Origin: Botryllus schlosseri
Taxonomy: Eukaryota
Reading direction: 5' to 3'
DNA: 64,000 nucleotides
Assembly (NCBI GenBank): GCA_051294905.1
Contig: CM119372.1
Coordinates: 28,708,001 to 28,772,000, forward strand
Made by a program: the position numbers and the translations under genes. This document shows, in pieces, positions 52,608 through 64,000 of this stretch (the stretch's first letter is position 1; each line of letters opens with the position of its first letter). Below the pieces are notes generated by a model that made no database searches, was not told the origin of the DNA, and saw only the letters and a program-made list of their open reading frames with translations.

Positions 52608-53480
52608 TCAACTTCTCCAGTCGGCGGGCCGGATAGAGGAAAATTAGGTACTTGGCGGGCCGGATTGCTGAATCGACACATTATTCGCCCATTTATCCAC
52701 ATATACAAGGAATAAATCGTATTTAATAAATGTATTTTAACGACAGCAATGTCGCTTCAAAGCCATTTCTCCGATAATGGCGAGGACAGTGTGGATTTGA
52801 GAATAACATTATCATACAGGCGCCGCCATGTCTGCTTCACTCTGATCAATCAACACACGGTGCAATCCCTAGTTAAGATTTCAAGTCGTTCGATGACCCC
52901 AGGAACCCTAATTTACCAAGATATCAATTCATTAGGGTTGAGTAGGTGCCGTGATAGCGTCGTTGTTCAACTGTGTGGCGTAAATAATCTCGAATATTGA
53001 ATTCATACGGCCCGCGTTTTCTACAAAATTTGAAAACTGGCCTGCGACCCGTTTTGAGATGGCGACCCCTGGAATATGCGGTGCCTTACAAAAGCCTAGA
53101 AGTGTGGCGTGCTACAAGTCGGCGGTTGCGGAATCGAAAATAAGAAATATATCAGTCTGGTGTAAATGACCATTGTAGTCGACAAAAATCATGATTACCA
53201 CGGACGACATTAGGGTTGAGTGCATATCGCAAATGCCGATAATGCAAGTCTTCTCGCTTCGACGAACTTACGCGTATGCTCCACTCTCGCAACGATGCGC
53301 ACACACGTATATAATAATATACAGTCACTTAAATTTGACGTAGTATGCAAGTAGTGGGGGATCTCGACAGACTGGGGCCGCGGGCCACATTATCATGTAA
53401 GACGGAAAACCGTCCGCGGGCCGGACAAAATCCCTTCGCGGGCCGGATCCGGCCCGCGGGCCGTATGTTGCCCACCCCTG
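52608..53480. mobile_element. hAT (Charlie/MER1-like) MITE in U1 spacer, left TIR eroded
   Basis: Absent from most units. Right end gttgcccacccctg, gcgggccgg motifs, ttatagt on both flanks. Confidence 0.85.
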
Positions 53481-54031
53481 TTATAGTGTCTGTTTCTGGG
53501 TAAGATTTAACGATTAGCGGTTAGTAGGCCTTTTCCGTATAGTGCGAGCCTAATTTCTTTTTAACCTAGCTCTCCTGAACTGATCATATACACTTCATGT
53601 ATTTCGATAAGCGCCTGGATTGTGGCGAGAATTGATGACAGTCGGCAGATCAGAAATTAATCTACAATAGGCTTTCCCTATATGCCTCGCTTTTGTAGCT
53701 GTGAAAACTTTGCATTGCTATGTCACGCTTCTGTAATCCTATACCGGCTCTTTAATGCCAAACCGAATATCAGAGCACCATGGAGATGACCATAACACGC
53801 AAGATAATGATTATCGCACTTTTAAGCAAGGAATGGACGGTGGAGGCGTCCAATATCATCGATGACGTCCCAATCATATTTGGCGTTCGCGTCTAGTAGA
53901 AACTATTTCATTTTGCTTCGGCGATTCAAAGCGCACTTGGTGAATGCATTTATGCATATGTGGAGAGCGTGCTCACCACAATATTTATTTTGTTGTATGA
54001 AATTGGGTGTCAATAAATTTCTGGAAAACTC

Positions 54032-54193
54032 ATACTTACCTGACGAGGCAGTGAACCATGATCAAAAAGGCGGTTCTGCCCGAGCGAGGCCTAGCCATTG
54101 CACTTCGGCTTGGTTGACCTCGGCGATTACCCCAAATGTGGGTAACTCGGTCGTGTAATTTCTGGTAGTGGGGTCTGCGTTCGCGCTAACCCT
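54032..54193 (+). ncRNA. U1: U1 snRNA
   Basis: Full-length copy with the same variants as 51180. Confidence 0.95.
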
Positions 54194-55035
54194 TTCCATC
54201 CAACCAACCATACTAATTAAATATCTCATAGTGCACGGGAAAGAATTCGTGGCCAGCGGCTCTCGTAACGACACTCACTTACATGCATTCTCGCAAAGCC
54301 GCTGATTATTATAAATATACCAAATACTTGGTTTGTTGATATATTTTCCCCCTCGGACCGAACGTGGCCATATAACACGTTTTGAGTTGGCCTACACCTC
54401 GATTTGTTCTCGTAGACCTGCGATATAGCAATGGCGTCTGACCTTTACATCGTTATAGTGTCTGTTTCTGGGTAAGATTTCACGATTAGCGGTTAGTAGG
54501 CCTTTTCCGTATAGTGCGAGCCAAATTTCTTTTTCACCTAGCTCTCCTGAACTGATCATATACACTTCATGTATTTTGATAAGCGCCTGGATTGTGGCGA
54601 GAATTGATGACAGTCGGCAGATCAGAAATTAATCTACAATAGGCTTTCCCTATATGCCTCGCTTTTGTAGCTGTGAAAACTTTGCATTGCTATGTCACGC
54701 TTCTGTAATCCTATACCAGCTCTTTACTGGCAAAGCGAATATCAGAGCACCATGGAGATGACCATAAAACGCAAGATAATGATTATCGCACTTTTAAGCA
54801 AGGAATGGACGGTGGAATTCGCAATTGGACGCCGCAGTCAGTCCAATATCATCTCGATGACGTCCCATTCGTCCCAATCATATTTGGCGTTCGCGTCTAG
54901 TAGAAACTATTTCATTTTGCTTCGGCGATTCAAAGCGCACTTGGTGAATGCATTTATGCATATGTGGAGAGCGTGCTCACCACAATATTTATTTTGTTGT
55001 ATGAAATTGGGTGTCAATAAATTTCTGGAAAACTC

Positions 55036-55197
55036 ATACTTACCTGACGAGGCAGTGAACCATGATCAAAAAGGCGGTTCTGCTCGGGCGAGGCCTAGCC
55101 ATTGCACTTCGGCTTGGTTGAACTCGGCGATTACCCCAAATGGGGGTAACTCGGTCGTGTAATTTCTGGTAGTGGGGTCTGCGTTCGCGCTAACCCT
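55036..55197 (+). ncRNA. U1: U1 snRNA
   Basis: Full-length copy with the same variants as 52184. Confidence 0.95.
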
Positions 55198-55459
55198 TTC
55201 CATCCAACCATACTAATTAAATAGCTCACAGTGCATGGAAAAGAATTCGTGGCCAGCGGCTCTCGTAACGACACTCACTTACATGCATTCTCGCAAAGCC
55301 GCTGATTATAATAAATATACCAAATACTTGGTTTGTTGATTTATTTTCCCCCTCGGAACGAACGTGGCCTTATAACACGTTTTGAGTTGGCCTGCACATC
55401 GATTTGTTCTCGTGGACCTGCGATATAGCAATGGCGTCTGACCTTTACATCGTTATAGT

Positions 55460-56332
55460 TCAACTTCTCCAGTCGGCGGGCCGGATAGAGGAAAATTAGG
55501 TACTTGGCGGGCCGGATTGCTGAATCGACACATTATTCGCCCATTTATCCACATATACAAGGAATAAATCGTATTTAATAAATGTATTTTAACGACAGCA
55601 ATGTCGCTTCAAAGCCATTTCTCCGATAATGGCGAGGACAGTGTGGATTTGAGAATAACATTATCATACAGGCGCCGCCATGTCTGCTTCACTCTGATCA
55701 ATCAACACACGGTGCAATCCCTAGTTAAGATTTCAAGTCGTTCGATGACCCCAGGAACCCTAATTTACCAAGATATCAATTCATTAGGGTTGAGTAGGTG
55801 CCGTGATAGCGTCGTTGTTCAACTGTGTGGCGTAAATAATCTCGAATATTGAATTCATACGGCCCGCGTTTTCTACAAAATTTGAAAACTGGCCTGCGAC
55901 CCGTTTTGAGATGGCGACCCCTGGAATATGCGGTGCCTTACAAAAGCCTAGAAGTGTGGCGTGCTACAAGTCGGCGGTTGCGGAATCGAAAATAAGAAAT
56001 ATATCAGTCTGGTGTAAATGACCATTGTAGTCGACAAAAATCATGATTACCACGGACGACATTAGGGTTGAGTGCATATCGCAAATGCCGATAATGCAAG
56101 TCTTCTCGCTTCGACGAACTTACGCGTATGCTCCACTCTCGCAACGATGCGCACACACGTATATAATAATATACAGTCACTTAAATTTGACGTAGTATGC
56201 AAGTAGTGGGGGATCTCGACAGACTGGGGCCGCGGGCCACATTATCATGTAAGACGGAAAACCGTCCGCGGGCCGGACAAAATCCCTTCGCGGGCCGGAT
56301 CCGGCCCGCGGGCCGTATGTTGCCCACCCCTG
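55460..56332. mobile_element. Duplicate of the 52608-53480 MITE
   Basis: Same sequence and same spacer position, offset 2852 bp. Confidence 0.85.
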
Positions 56333-56904
56333 TTATAGTGTCTGTTTCTGGGTAAGATTTAACGATTAGCGGTTAGTAGGCCTTTTCCGTATAGTGCGAG
56401 CCTAATTTCTTTTTAACCTAGCTCTCCTGAACTGATCATATACACTTCATGTATTTCGATAAGCGCCTGGATTGTGGCGAGAATTGATGACAGTCGACAG
56501 ATCAGAAATTAATCTACAATAGGCTTTCCCTATATGCCTCGCTTTTGTAGCTGTGAAAACTTTGCATTGCTATGTCACGCTTCTGTAATCCTATACCGGC
56601 TCTTTATTGGCAAAGCGAATATCAGAGCACCATGGAGATGACCATAAACCGCAAGATAATGATTATCGCACTTTTAAGCAAGGAATGGACGGTGGAATTC
56701 GCAATTGGACGCCGCAGTCAGTCCAATATCATCGATGACGTCCCAATCATATTTGGCGTTCGCGTCTAGTAGAAACTATTTCATTTTGCTTCGGCGATTC
56801 AAAGCGCACTTGGTGAATGCATTTATGCATATGTGGAGAGCGTGCTCACCACAATATTTATTTTGTTGTATGAAATTGGGTGTCAATAAATTTCTGGAAA
56901 ACTC

Positions 56905-57066
56905 ATACTTACCTGACGAGGCAGTGAACCATGATCAAAAAGGCGGTTCTGCCCGGGCGAGGCCTAGCCATTGCACTTCGGCTTGGTTGACCTCGGCGAT
57001 TACCCCAAATGTGAGTAACTCGGTCGTGTGATTTCTGGTAGTGGGGTCTGCGTTCGCGCTAACCCT
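56905..57066 (+). ncRNA. U1: U1 snRNA
   Basis: Full-length copy with SL3 variant gtgagtaac and Sm site gatttctgg. Confidence 0.94.
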
Positions 57067-57893
57067 TTCCATCCAACCATACTGATTAAATAGCTCACAG
57101 TGCATGAAAAAGAATTCGTGGCCAGCGGCTCTCGTAACGACACTCACTTACATGCATTTTCGCAAAGCCGCTGATTATTATAAATATACCAAATACTTGG
57201 TTTGTTGATTTATTTTCCCCCTCGGAACAAACGTGGCCATATAACACGTTTTGAGTTGGCCTACACCTCGATTTGTTCTCGTAGACCTGCGATATAGCAA
57301 TGGCGTCTGACTTTTACATCGTTATAGTGTCAGTTTCTGGGTAAGATTTCACGATTAGCGGTTAGTAGGCCTTTTCCGTATAGTGCGAGCCTAATTTCTT
57401 TTTCACCTAGCTCTCCTGAACTGATCATATACACTTCATGTATTTTGATAAGCGCATGGATTGTGGCGCGAATTGATGACAGTCGGCAGATCAGAAATTA
57501 ATCTACAATAGGCTTTCCCTATATGCCTCGCTTTTGTAGCTGTGAAAACTTTGCATTGCTATGTCACGCTTCTGTAATCCTATACCGGCTCTTTATTGGC
57601 AAAGCTAATATCAGAGCACCATGGAGATGACCATAAAACGCAAGATAATGATTATCGCACTTTTAAGCAAGGAATGGACGGTGGAATTCGCAATTGGACG
57701 CCGCAGTCAGTCCAATATCATCGATGACGTCCCAATCATATTCGGCGTTCGCGTCTAGTAGAAACTATTTCATTTTGCTTCGGCGATTCAAAGCGCACTT
57801 GGTGAATGCATTTATGCATATGTGGAGAGCGTGCTCACCACAATATTTATTTTGTTGTATGAAATTGGGTGTCAATAAATTTCTGGAAAAGTC

Positions 57894-58070
57894 ATACTTA
57901 CCTGACGAGGCAGTGAACCATGATCAAAAAGGCGGTTCTGCCCGGGCGAGGCCTAGCCATTGCACTTCGGCTTGGTCGACTTCGGCTTGGTTGACCTCGG
58001 CGATTACCCCAAATGTGGGTAACTCGGTCGTGTGATTTCTGGTAGTGGGGTCTGCGTTCGCGCTAACCCT
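57894..58070 (+). ncRNA. U1: U1 snRNA variant with 15-nt duplication in stem-loop II
   Basis: cacttcggcttggtcgacttcggcttggttgacc. Confidence 0.9.
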
Positions 58071-58906
58071 TTCCATCCAACCATACTGATTAAATAGCTC
58101 ACAGTGCATGAAAAAGAATTCGTGGCCAGCGGCTCTCGTAACGACACTCACTTACATGCATTTTCGCAAAGCCGCTGATTATTATAAATATACAAAATAC
58201 TTGGTTTGTTGATTTATTTTCCCCCTCGGAACGAACGTGGCCATATAACACGTTTTGAGTTGGCCTACACCTCGATTTGTTCTCGTAGACCTGCGATATA
58301 GCAATGGAGTCTGACCTTTACATCGTTATAGTGTCTGTTTCTGGGTAAGATTTCACGATTAGCGGTTAGTAGGCCTTTTCCGTATAGTGCGAGCCTAATT
58401 TCTTTTTCACCTAGCTCTCCTGAACTGATCATATACACTTCATGTATTTCGATAAGCGCCTGGATTGTGGTGAGAATTGATGACAGTCGGCAGATCAGAA
58501 ATTAATCTACAATAGGCTTTCCCTATATGCCTCGCTTTTGTAGCTGTGAAAACTTTGCATTGCTATGTCACGCTTCTGTAATCCTATACCGGCTCTTTAT
58601 TGGCAAAGCGAATATCAGAGCACCATGGAGATGACCATAAAACGCAAGATAATGATTATCGCACTTTTAAGCAAGGAATGGACGGTGGAATTCGCAATTG
58701 GACGCCGCAGTCAGTCCAATATCATCGATGACGTCCCATTCGTCCCAATCATATTTGGCGTTCGCGTCTAGTAGAAACTATTTCATTTTGCTTCGGCGAT
58801 TCAAAGCGCACTTGGTGAATGCATTTATGCATATGTGGAGAGCGTGCTCACCACAATACTTATTTTGTTGTATGAAATTGGGTGTCAATAAATTTCTGGA
58901 AAACTC

Positions 58907-59068
58907 ATACTTACCTGACGAGGCAGTGAACCATGATCAAAAAGGCGGTTCTGCCCGGGCGAGGCCTAGCCATTGCACTTCGGCTTGGTTGACCTCGGCG
59001 ATTACCCCAAATGTGAGTAACTCGGTCGTGTGATTTCTGGTAGTGGGGTCTGCGTTCGCGCTAACCCT
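58907..59068 (+). ncRNA. U1: U1 snRNA
   Basis: Full-length copy with the same variants as 56905. Confidence 0.94.
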
Positions 59069-59895
59069 TTCCATCCAACCATACTGATTAAATAGCTCAC
59101 AGTGCATGAAAAAGAATTCGTGGCCAGCGGCTCTCGTAACGACACTCACTTACATGCATTTTCGCAAAGCCGCTGATTATTATAAATATACCAAATACTT
59201 GGTTTGTTGATTTATTTTCCCCCTCGGAACAAACGTGGCCATATAACACGTTTTGAGTTGGCCTACACCTCGATTTGTTCTCGTAGACCTGCGATATAGC
59301 AATGGCGTCTGACTTTTACATCGTTATAGTGTCAGTTTCTGGGTAAGATTTCACGATTAGCGGTTAGTAGGCCTTTTCCGTATAGTGCGAGCCTAATTTC
59401 TTTTTCACCTAGCTCTCCTGAACTGATCATATACACTTCATGTATTTTGATAAGCGCATGGATTGTGGCGCGAATTGATGACAGTCGGCAGATCAGAAAT
59501 TAATCTACAATAGGCTTTCCCTATATGCCTCGCTTTTGTAGCTGTGAAAACTTTGCATTGCTATGTCACGCTTCTGTAATCCTATACCGGCTCTTTATTG
59601 GCAAAGCTAATATCAGAGCACCATGGAGATGACCATAAAACGCAAGATAATGATTATCGCACTTTTAAGCAAGGAATGGACGGTGGAATTCGCAATTGGA
59701 CGCCGCAGTCAGTCCAATATCATCGATGACGTCCCAATCATATTCGGCGTTCGCGTCTAGTAGAAACTATTTCATTTTGCTTCGGCGATTCAAAGCGCAC
59801 TTGGTGAATGCATTTATGCATATGTGGAGAGCGTGCTCACCACAATATTTATTTTGTTGTATGAAATTGGGTGTCAATAAATTTCTGGAAAAGTC

Positions 59896-60072
59896 ATACT
59901 TACCTGACGAGGCAGTGAACCATGATCAAAAAGGCGGTTCTGCCCGGGCGAGGCCTAGCCATTGCACTTCGGCTTGGTCGACTTCGGCTTGGTTGACCTC
60001 GGCGATTACCCCAAATGTGGGTAACTCGGTCGTGTGATTTCTGGTAGTGGGGTCTGCGTTCGCGCTAACCCT
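59896..60072 (+). ncRNA. U1: U1 snRNA variant with 15-nt duplication in stem-loop II
   Basis: Same as the 57894 copy. Confidence 0.9.
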
Positions 60073-60899
60073 TTCCATCCAACCATACTGATTAAATAGC
60101 TCACAGTGCATGGAAAAGAATTCGTGGCCAGCGGCTCTCGTAACGACACTCACTTACATGCATTCTCGCAAAGCCGCTGATTATTATAAATATACCAAAT
60201 ACTTGGTTTGTTGATTTATTTTCCCCCTCGGAACGAACGTGGCCATATAACACGTTTTCAGTTGGCCTACACCTCGATTTGTTCTCGTAGACCTGCGATA
60301 TAGCAATGGCGTCTGACCTTTACATCGTTATAGTGTCTGTTTCTGGGTAAGATTTCACGATTAGCGGTTAGTAGGCCTTTTCCGTATAGTGCGAGCCTAA
60401 TTTCTTTTTCACCTAGCTCTCCTGAACTGATCATATACACTTCATGTATTTTGATAAGCGCCTGGATTGTGGCGAGAATTGATGACAGTCGGCAGATCAG
60501 AAATTAATCTACAATAGGCTTTCCCTATATGCCTCGCTTTTGTAGCTGTGAAAACTTTGCATTGCTATGTCACGCTTCTGTAATCCTATACCGGCTCTTT
60601 ATTGGCAAAGCGAATATCAGAGCACCATGGAGATGACCATAAAACGCAAGATAATGATTATCGCACTTTTAAGCAAGGAATGGACGGTGGAATTCGCAAT
60701 TGGACGCCGCAGTCAGTCCAATATCATCGATGACGTCCCAATCATATTTGGCGTTCGCGTCTAGTAGAAACTATTTCATTTTGCTTCGGCGATTCAAAGC
60801 GCACTTGGTGAATGCATTTATGCATATGTGGAGAGCGTGCTCACCACAATATTTATTTTGTTGTATGAAATTGGGTGTCAATAAATTTCTGGAAAACTC

Positions 60900-60940
60900 A
60901 TACTTACCTGACGAGGCAATGAACCATGATCAAAAAGGCG
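60900..60940 (+). pseudogene. U1: U1 snRNA, 5' fragment (split by second copy of Tx1 element B)
   Basis: Junction identical to 41767-41807. Confidence 0.92.
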
Positions 60941-63900
60941 TTCTTCAGGATTAATCTACTAAACAACTTCGCTCACTCTCTCTTCACTTTCCAACGGACT
61001 TCGACTCCTCTCGTTTTCAAGTCTCTCCTTCGCAGTCGGCTCTCTCGCCCGTCTTTCTTCTCACCATCGACTTGACTCTCCTTCCACCTTCTTCACCAAA
61101 CCTTCCTCTCCGACTTCACTTCTACTAACCTCTCTTTCCAACTTCACTCTTATCGACACTGCAGTACCATCTTGTAACTCTTCCTATTCCCGCTTCCTTA
61201 GACAGCCCTTCGATACCATTGTCTCGCCTGTAGAAACGCGACTTCCGTTCGAGCTTACGGCTGCACTTACCGACTTACAGCGGCGCTTTTAAACTACAAT
61301 AGAAACGCTGCAAATAGTTGCTTCGGTATACCAAAAACAATGGCATACGCCAGTGCGCTATCGAAACTACCACAGCAGAGACTTATCTACGGAAGCAGAC
61401 CAAGGTCTTTAGATATCATTGCAACAGAGAAAGCTCAACTTCAGCAGATGTGATAGATGCAATTCTCCAACACGAAGAGCTAGGAAAATATAGAGGACAT
61501 GTACACTCAATATATCAAATCGGTAGAGACACCTACCTTCAACCTGTCGTTTCACAACGAAGCACCAGTAAATGAATTGAAAGAACTCTTCCTTGATGAA
61601 ACAAAAGAAGGAATTCACACAGAGAAAGGAATCTTCCGCCTCGAGAAACCCAGGACACCTGTGGTCAGGATAAACATAAGAGCAGTCCCTACCGAAGTAG
61701 AAGAAAATGAGATCAGACTAAAATTTGAAAGATACAACTGTGGAGAAATCCAAGAAATCAGAATGATAAACCACAAGGGCACAAAACTGCACAACGGATA
61801 TATGGATCAATGGAACAAAGCCTCGCTCGTACCCGGGAAGAAATATCAACTCACTCGTGTTAAAAACTGTGTCGGCAGATTGAAAATCGAACTGTGTCGG
61901 CAGATTGAAAATCGATCAGCTAACTAGACTTGTTGAATTGAAAGAGTAGTTGCATATTTGTATACCACAATACAATATTTCATTTCGCGTAAAATGTTTG
62001 ACCTATGTGATTCGACAACTGGGTTAGCGCGGTGTTGTTCTACTGATCGAGGTGTGAAAATTGTGCTATCGCGATGAAGTTGTGACTGTGAACAGCAGAC
62101 TATTCTGTAGGCGCGAAACAGCGAATAAGCCGAAAGTATTATTCAGGTAGCAATCAATAGCGAAAGAGAACACGATCGGTCATCTGGTACGACTAAACTA
62201 CATCATATATCATAATTTACGATCAAACTATTTCACACTGACTGGTCTAGTGTAATAATCGATAGTAGCACACAGCTGGCCGGGAAATAATTCAGCGCGC
62301 AGGTCATTCGGAATATAGGTCGCACGCACTGCTTAATCCTCTTGTAAGCCACGTTTCCGTTTGTGCGGTTATTGTTGGTGACTATTCAACACCACGCGAG
62401 AGATGGTTGAAAGTGCGAATCACGACCGCACCCATAAGAACACATGGCGAGTCACCACATACCGCGTAAGAATACATGGCACCTCACCGCCGCGGCCTAT
62501 ATCCACAACGTTAGTTCACTACGACACAAGAATCCGTGGGCACATCATCGCCACAGCATATATCTGAAAGGGTACCATCATCACCACATAGGCACCTCAT
62601 CACCGCATCCATAAGAACACATGGCACCTCACCGCCGAGAGGGGGTCTAAAAGGGTGCCATCACCACCACGAGTTTTCACGGCACCTCACCGCCGCAGCC
62701 TATACCCGAAAGGGTGCCGTCACCAGAGATACCATAAGAAACAATGGCACATCACCAGAGATCCCATAAGAACCAATCGCACATCACGAGAGACCGCGTA
62801 AGAAACAATGACACATCACCAGAGATCCCATAAGAACCATTGGTACATCACGAGCGATAGGGGGTCTGGGGTCTGAAAGGGTACCATCATCACTACGAGT
62901 TTTCACGGCAGGTCATGAGTGAGCCCTATACCTGAAAGGGTGGGGTCACCAGAGATCCCATAAGAAACAATGGCAAGTCACCAGCGATAGGGGGTCTACA
63001 AGGGTGTGGTCACCAACACGAGTTTTCGCGGCAAGTCACGAGCGGGCCCATAAGAACCCCAGCCAGGTCACGACCGATCCTATATACTACTGTCGGCCCA
63101 CAGGCACGCGAAACGCGAGAAAAAACTGGTGCAATACAAAGTGCAATACAAAACCCTGCAACACAAGTACGAGAACAAAGGCCCCTAGAAGAGGCCTCGA
63201 ACACGAACGAAATCCTACATAGAGAAGAGGATAGCGCAAACACTCAAACAATAATTGAAGAAACAAGCGAAATAGAAACAAGCGACAGCGAAGACAGCGC
63301 AAACATCACAATATTGGAACACGATAGCAATAGCGACGAAAGTAGCGTAGACAGCTTACAGACCGTAGAAGAAGAACATAGTCGGACAGAGGAAAGCCGA
63401 AACTGTGAGACGAAAGCTGCACAAGAACAAAAACCAAGCAGCCTTTCGACCCGCAAACTGCGCAACCTATTCGAAAAACCGCCACTCCTAAATGAAAGAG
63501 AAATGGTAAGGTTAATGTGCTCCCCGATAAGAAAACAGCACGGAGCAGCACGAAGTCCTAACAAAAGGAATAGGCATACAAAAGGAATAGGCATGAACGA
63601 AGCCCCAATCTCGAAGGAAAGGCGACGAAAAAACCTAATAACAAGTAGTTCAGCGCAATAATCCCACCACTCCCCTACCATCGCCATGGCTCTTAACATA
63701 ATTTCGATAAACATTAACGGTATAGAAAAACGATGGTACAACTTGAAAACCTTTCTAAAGACAGACAATACATGGAATGTAGTCTGCCTCCAAGAAACCC
63801 ACAGAGGAAACAAAAGCAAAATAGCAAGATGGGCAAGTAAAAACAACATACTCTACTACCCGAACCACCTAGACGAGAAAGAACCATGGATCGACAAAGA

Positions 63901-64000
63901 AGAAAAAAAACTACTATACTACAAAGGAACAGCAATACTTATCAAAAAAGAACTAGAACAACAATACGACATGGAAGAATCGACCTTAAAAGAAGACAGA
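60941..64000 (+). mobile_element. Second copy of Tx1 element B (runs off window; ORF2 starts 63686; insert at 61804-63080)
   Basis: Apparently identical to 41808-44867 at offset 19133. The ORF-track translations are identical. Confidence 0.93.

Larger units (their letters stand above)
9346..64000 (+). repeat. Tandem U1 snRNA gene array (~989-bp unit), interrupted by retrotransposons
   Basis: Near-identical units with U1 starts at 9840, 40778, 41767, 49219, 50208, 51180, 52184, 54032, 55036, 56905, 57894, 58907, 59896 and 60900. Confidence 0.95.

Noticed and set aside
40445..60954. Recurrent short ORFs (MSRFCNPIP..., MDAAVSPIS...) in each array unit
   Set aside because: They overlap U1 and its promoter, vary by indels and stops between units, and have no protein features. 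The recurrence reflects the tandem repeat.

Overview
This is a repeat-dense animal genomic window. An invertebrate, possibly an ascidian, is inferred from one peptide gene. Positions 1-9.3 kb hold transposase relics (P-element/THAP9-like and hAT) and a truncated class A GPCR pseudogene. From about 9.35 kb to the end is a tandem U1 snRNA gene array with a ~989-bp unit: 11 uninterrupted copies and 3 interrupted copies. All three interruptions are Tx1/L1-type non-LTR retrotransposons from two clearly different families. They sit at the same site in U1 stem-loop I (TSD ATGATCAAAAAGG[CG]), which points to a U1-targeting retrotransposon lineage. The first of these (9879-39814) is inflated to ~30 kb by nesting. 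A PIF/Harbinger element (10488-34304) lies in its 5' region. The Harbinger transposase gene is split by a foldback hAT-type MITE and by an 18.3-kb composite unit (13559-31860), made of two direct MITE copies with an outer 8-bp TSD. That composite carries an intact four-coding-exon gene for a secreted His/Glu-rich precursor whose first peptide (WFHVHFHI) resembles the ascidian peptide plicatamide. Coordinates were counted by hand and may be off by a few bases. No database searches were run.
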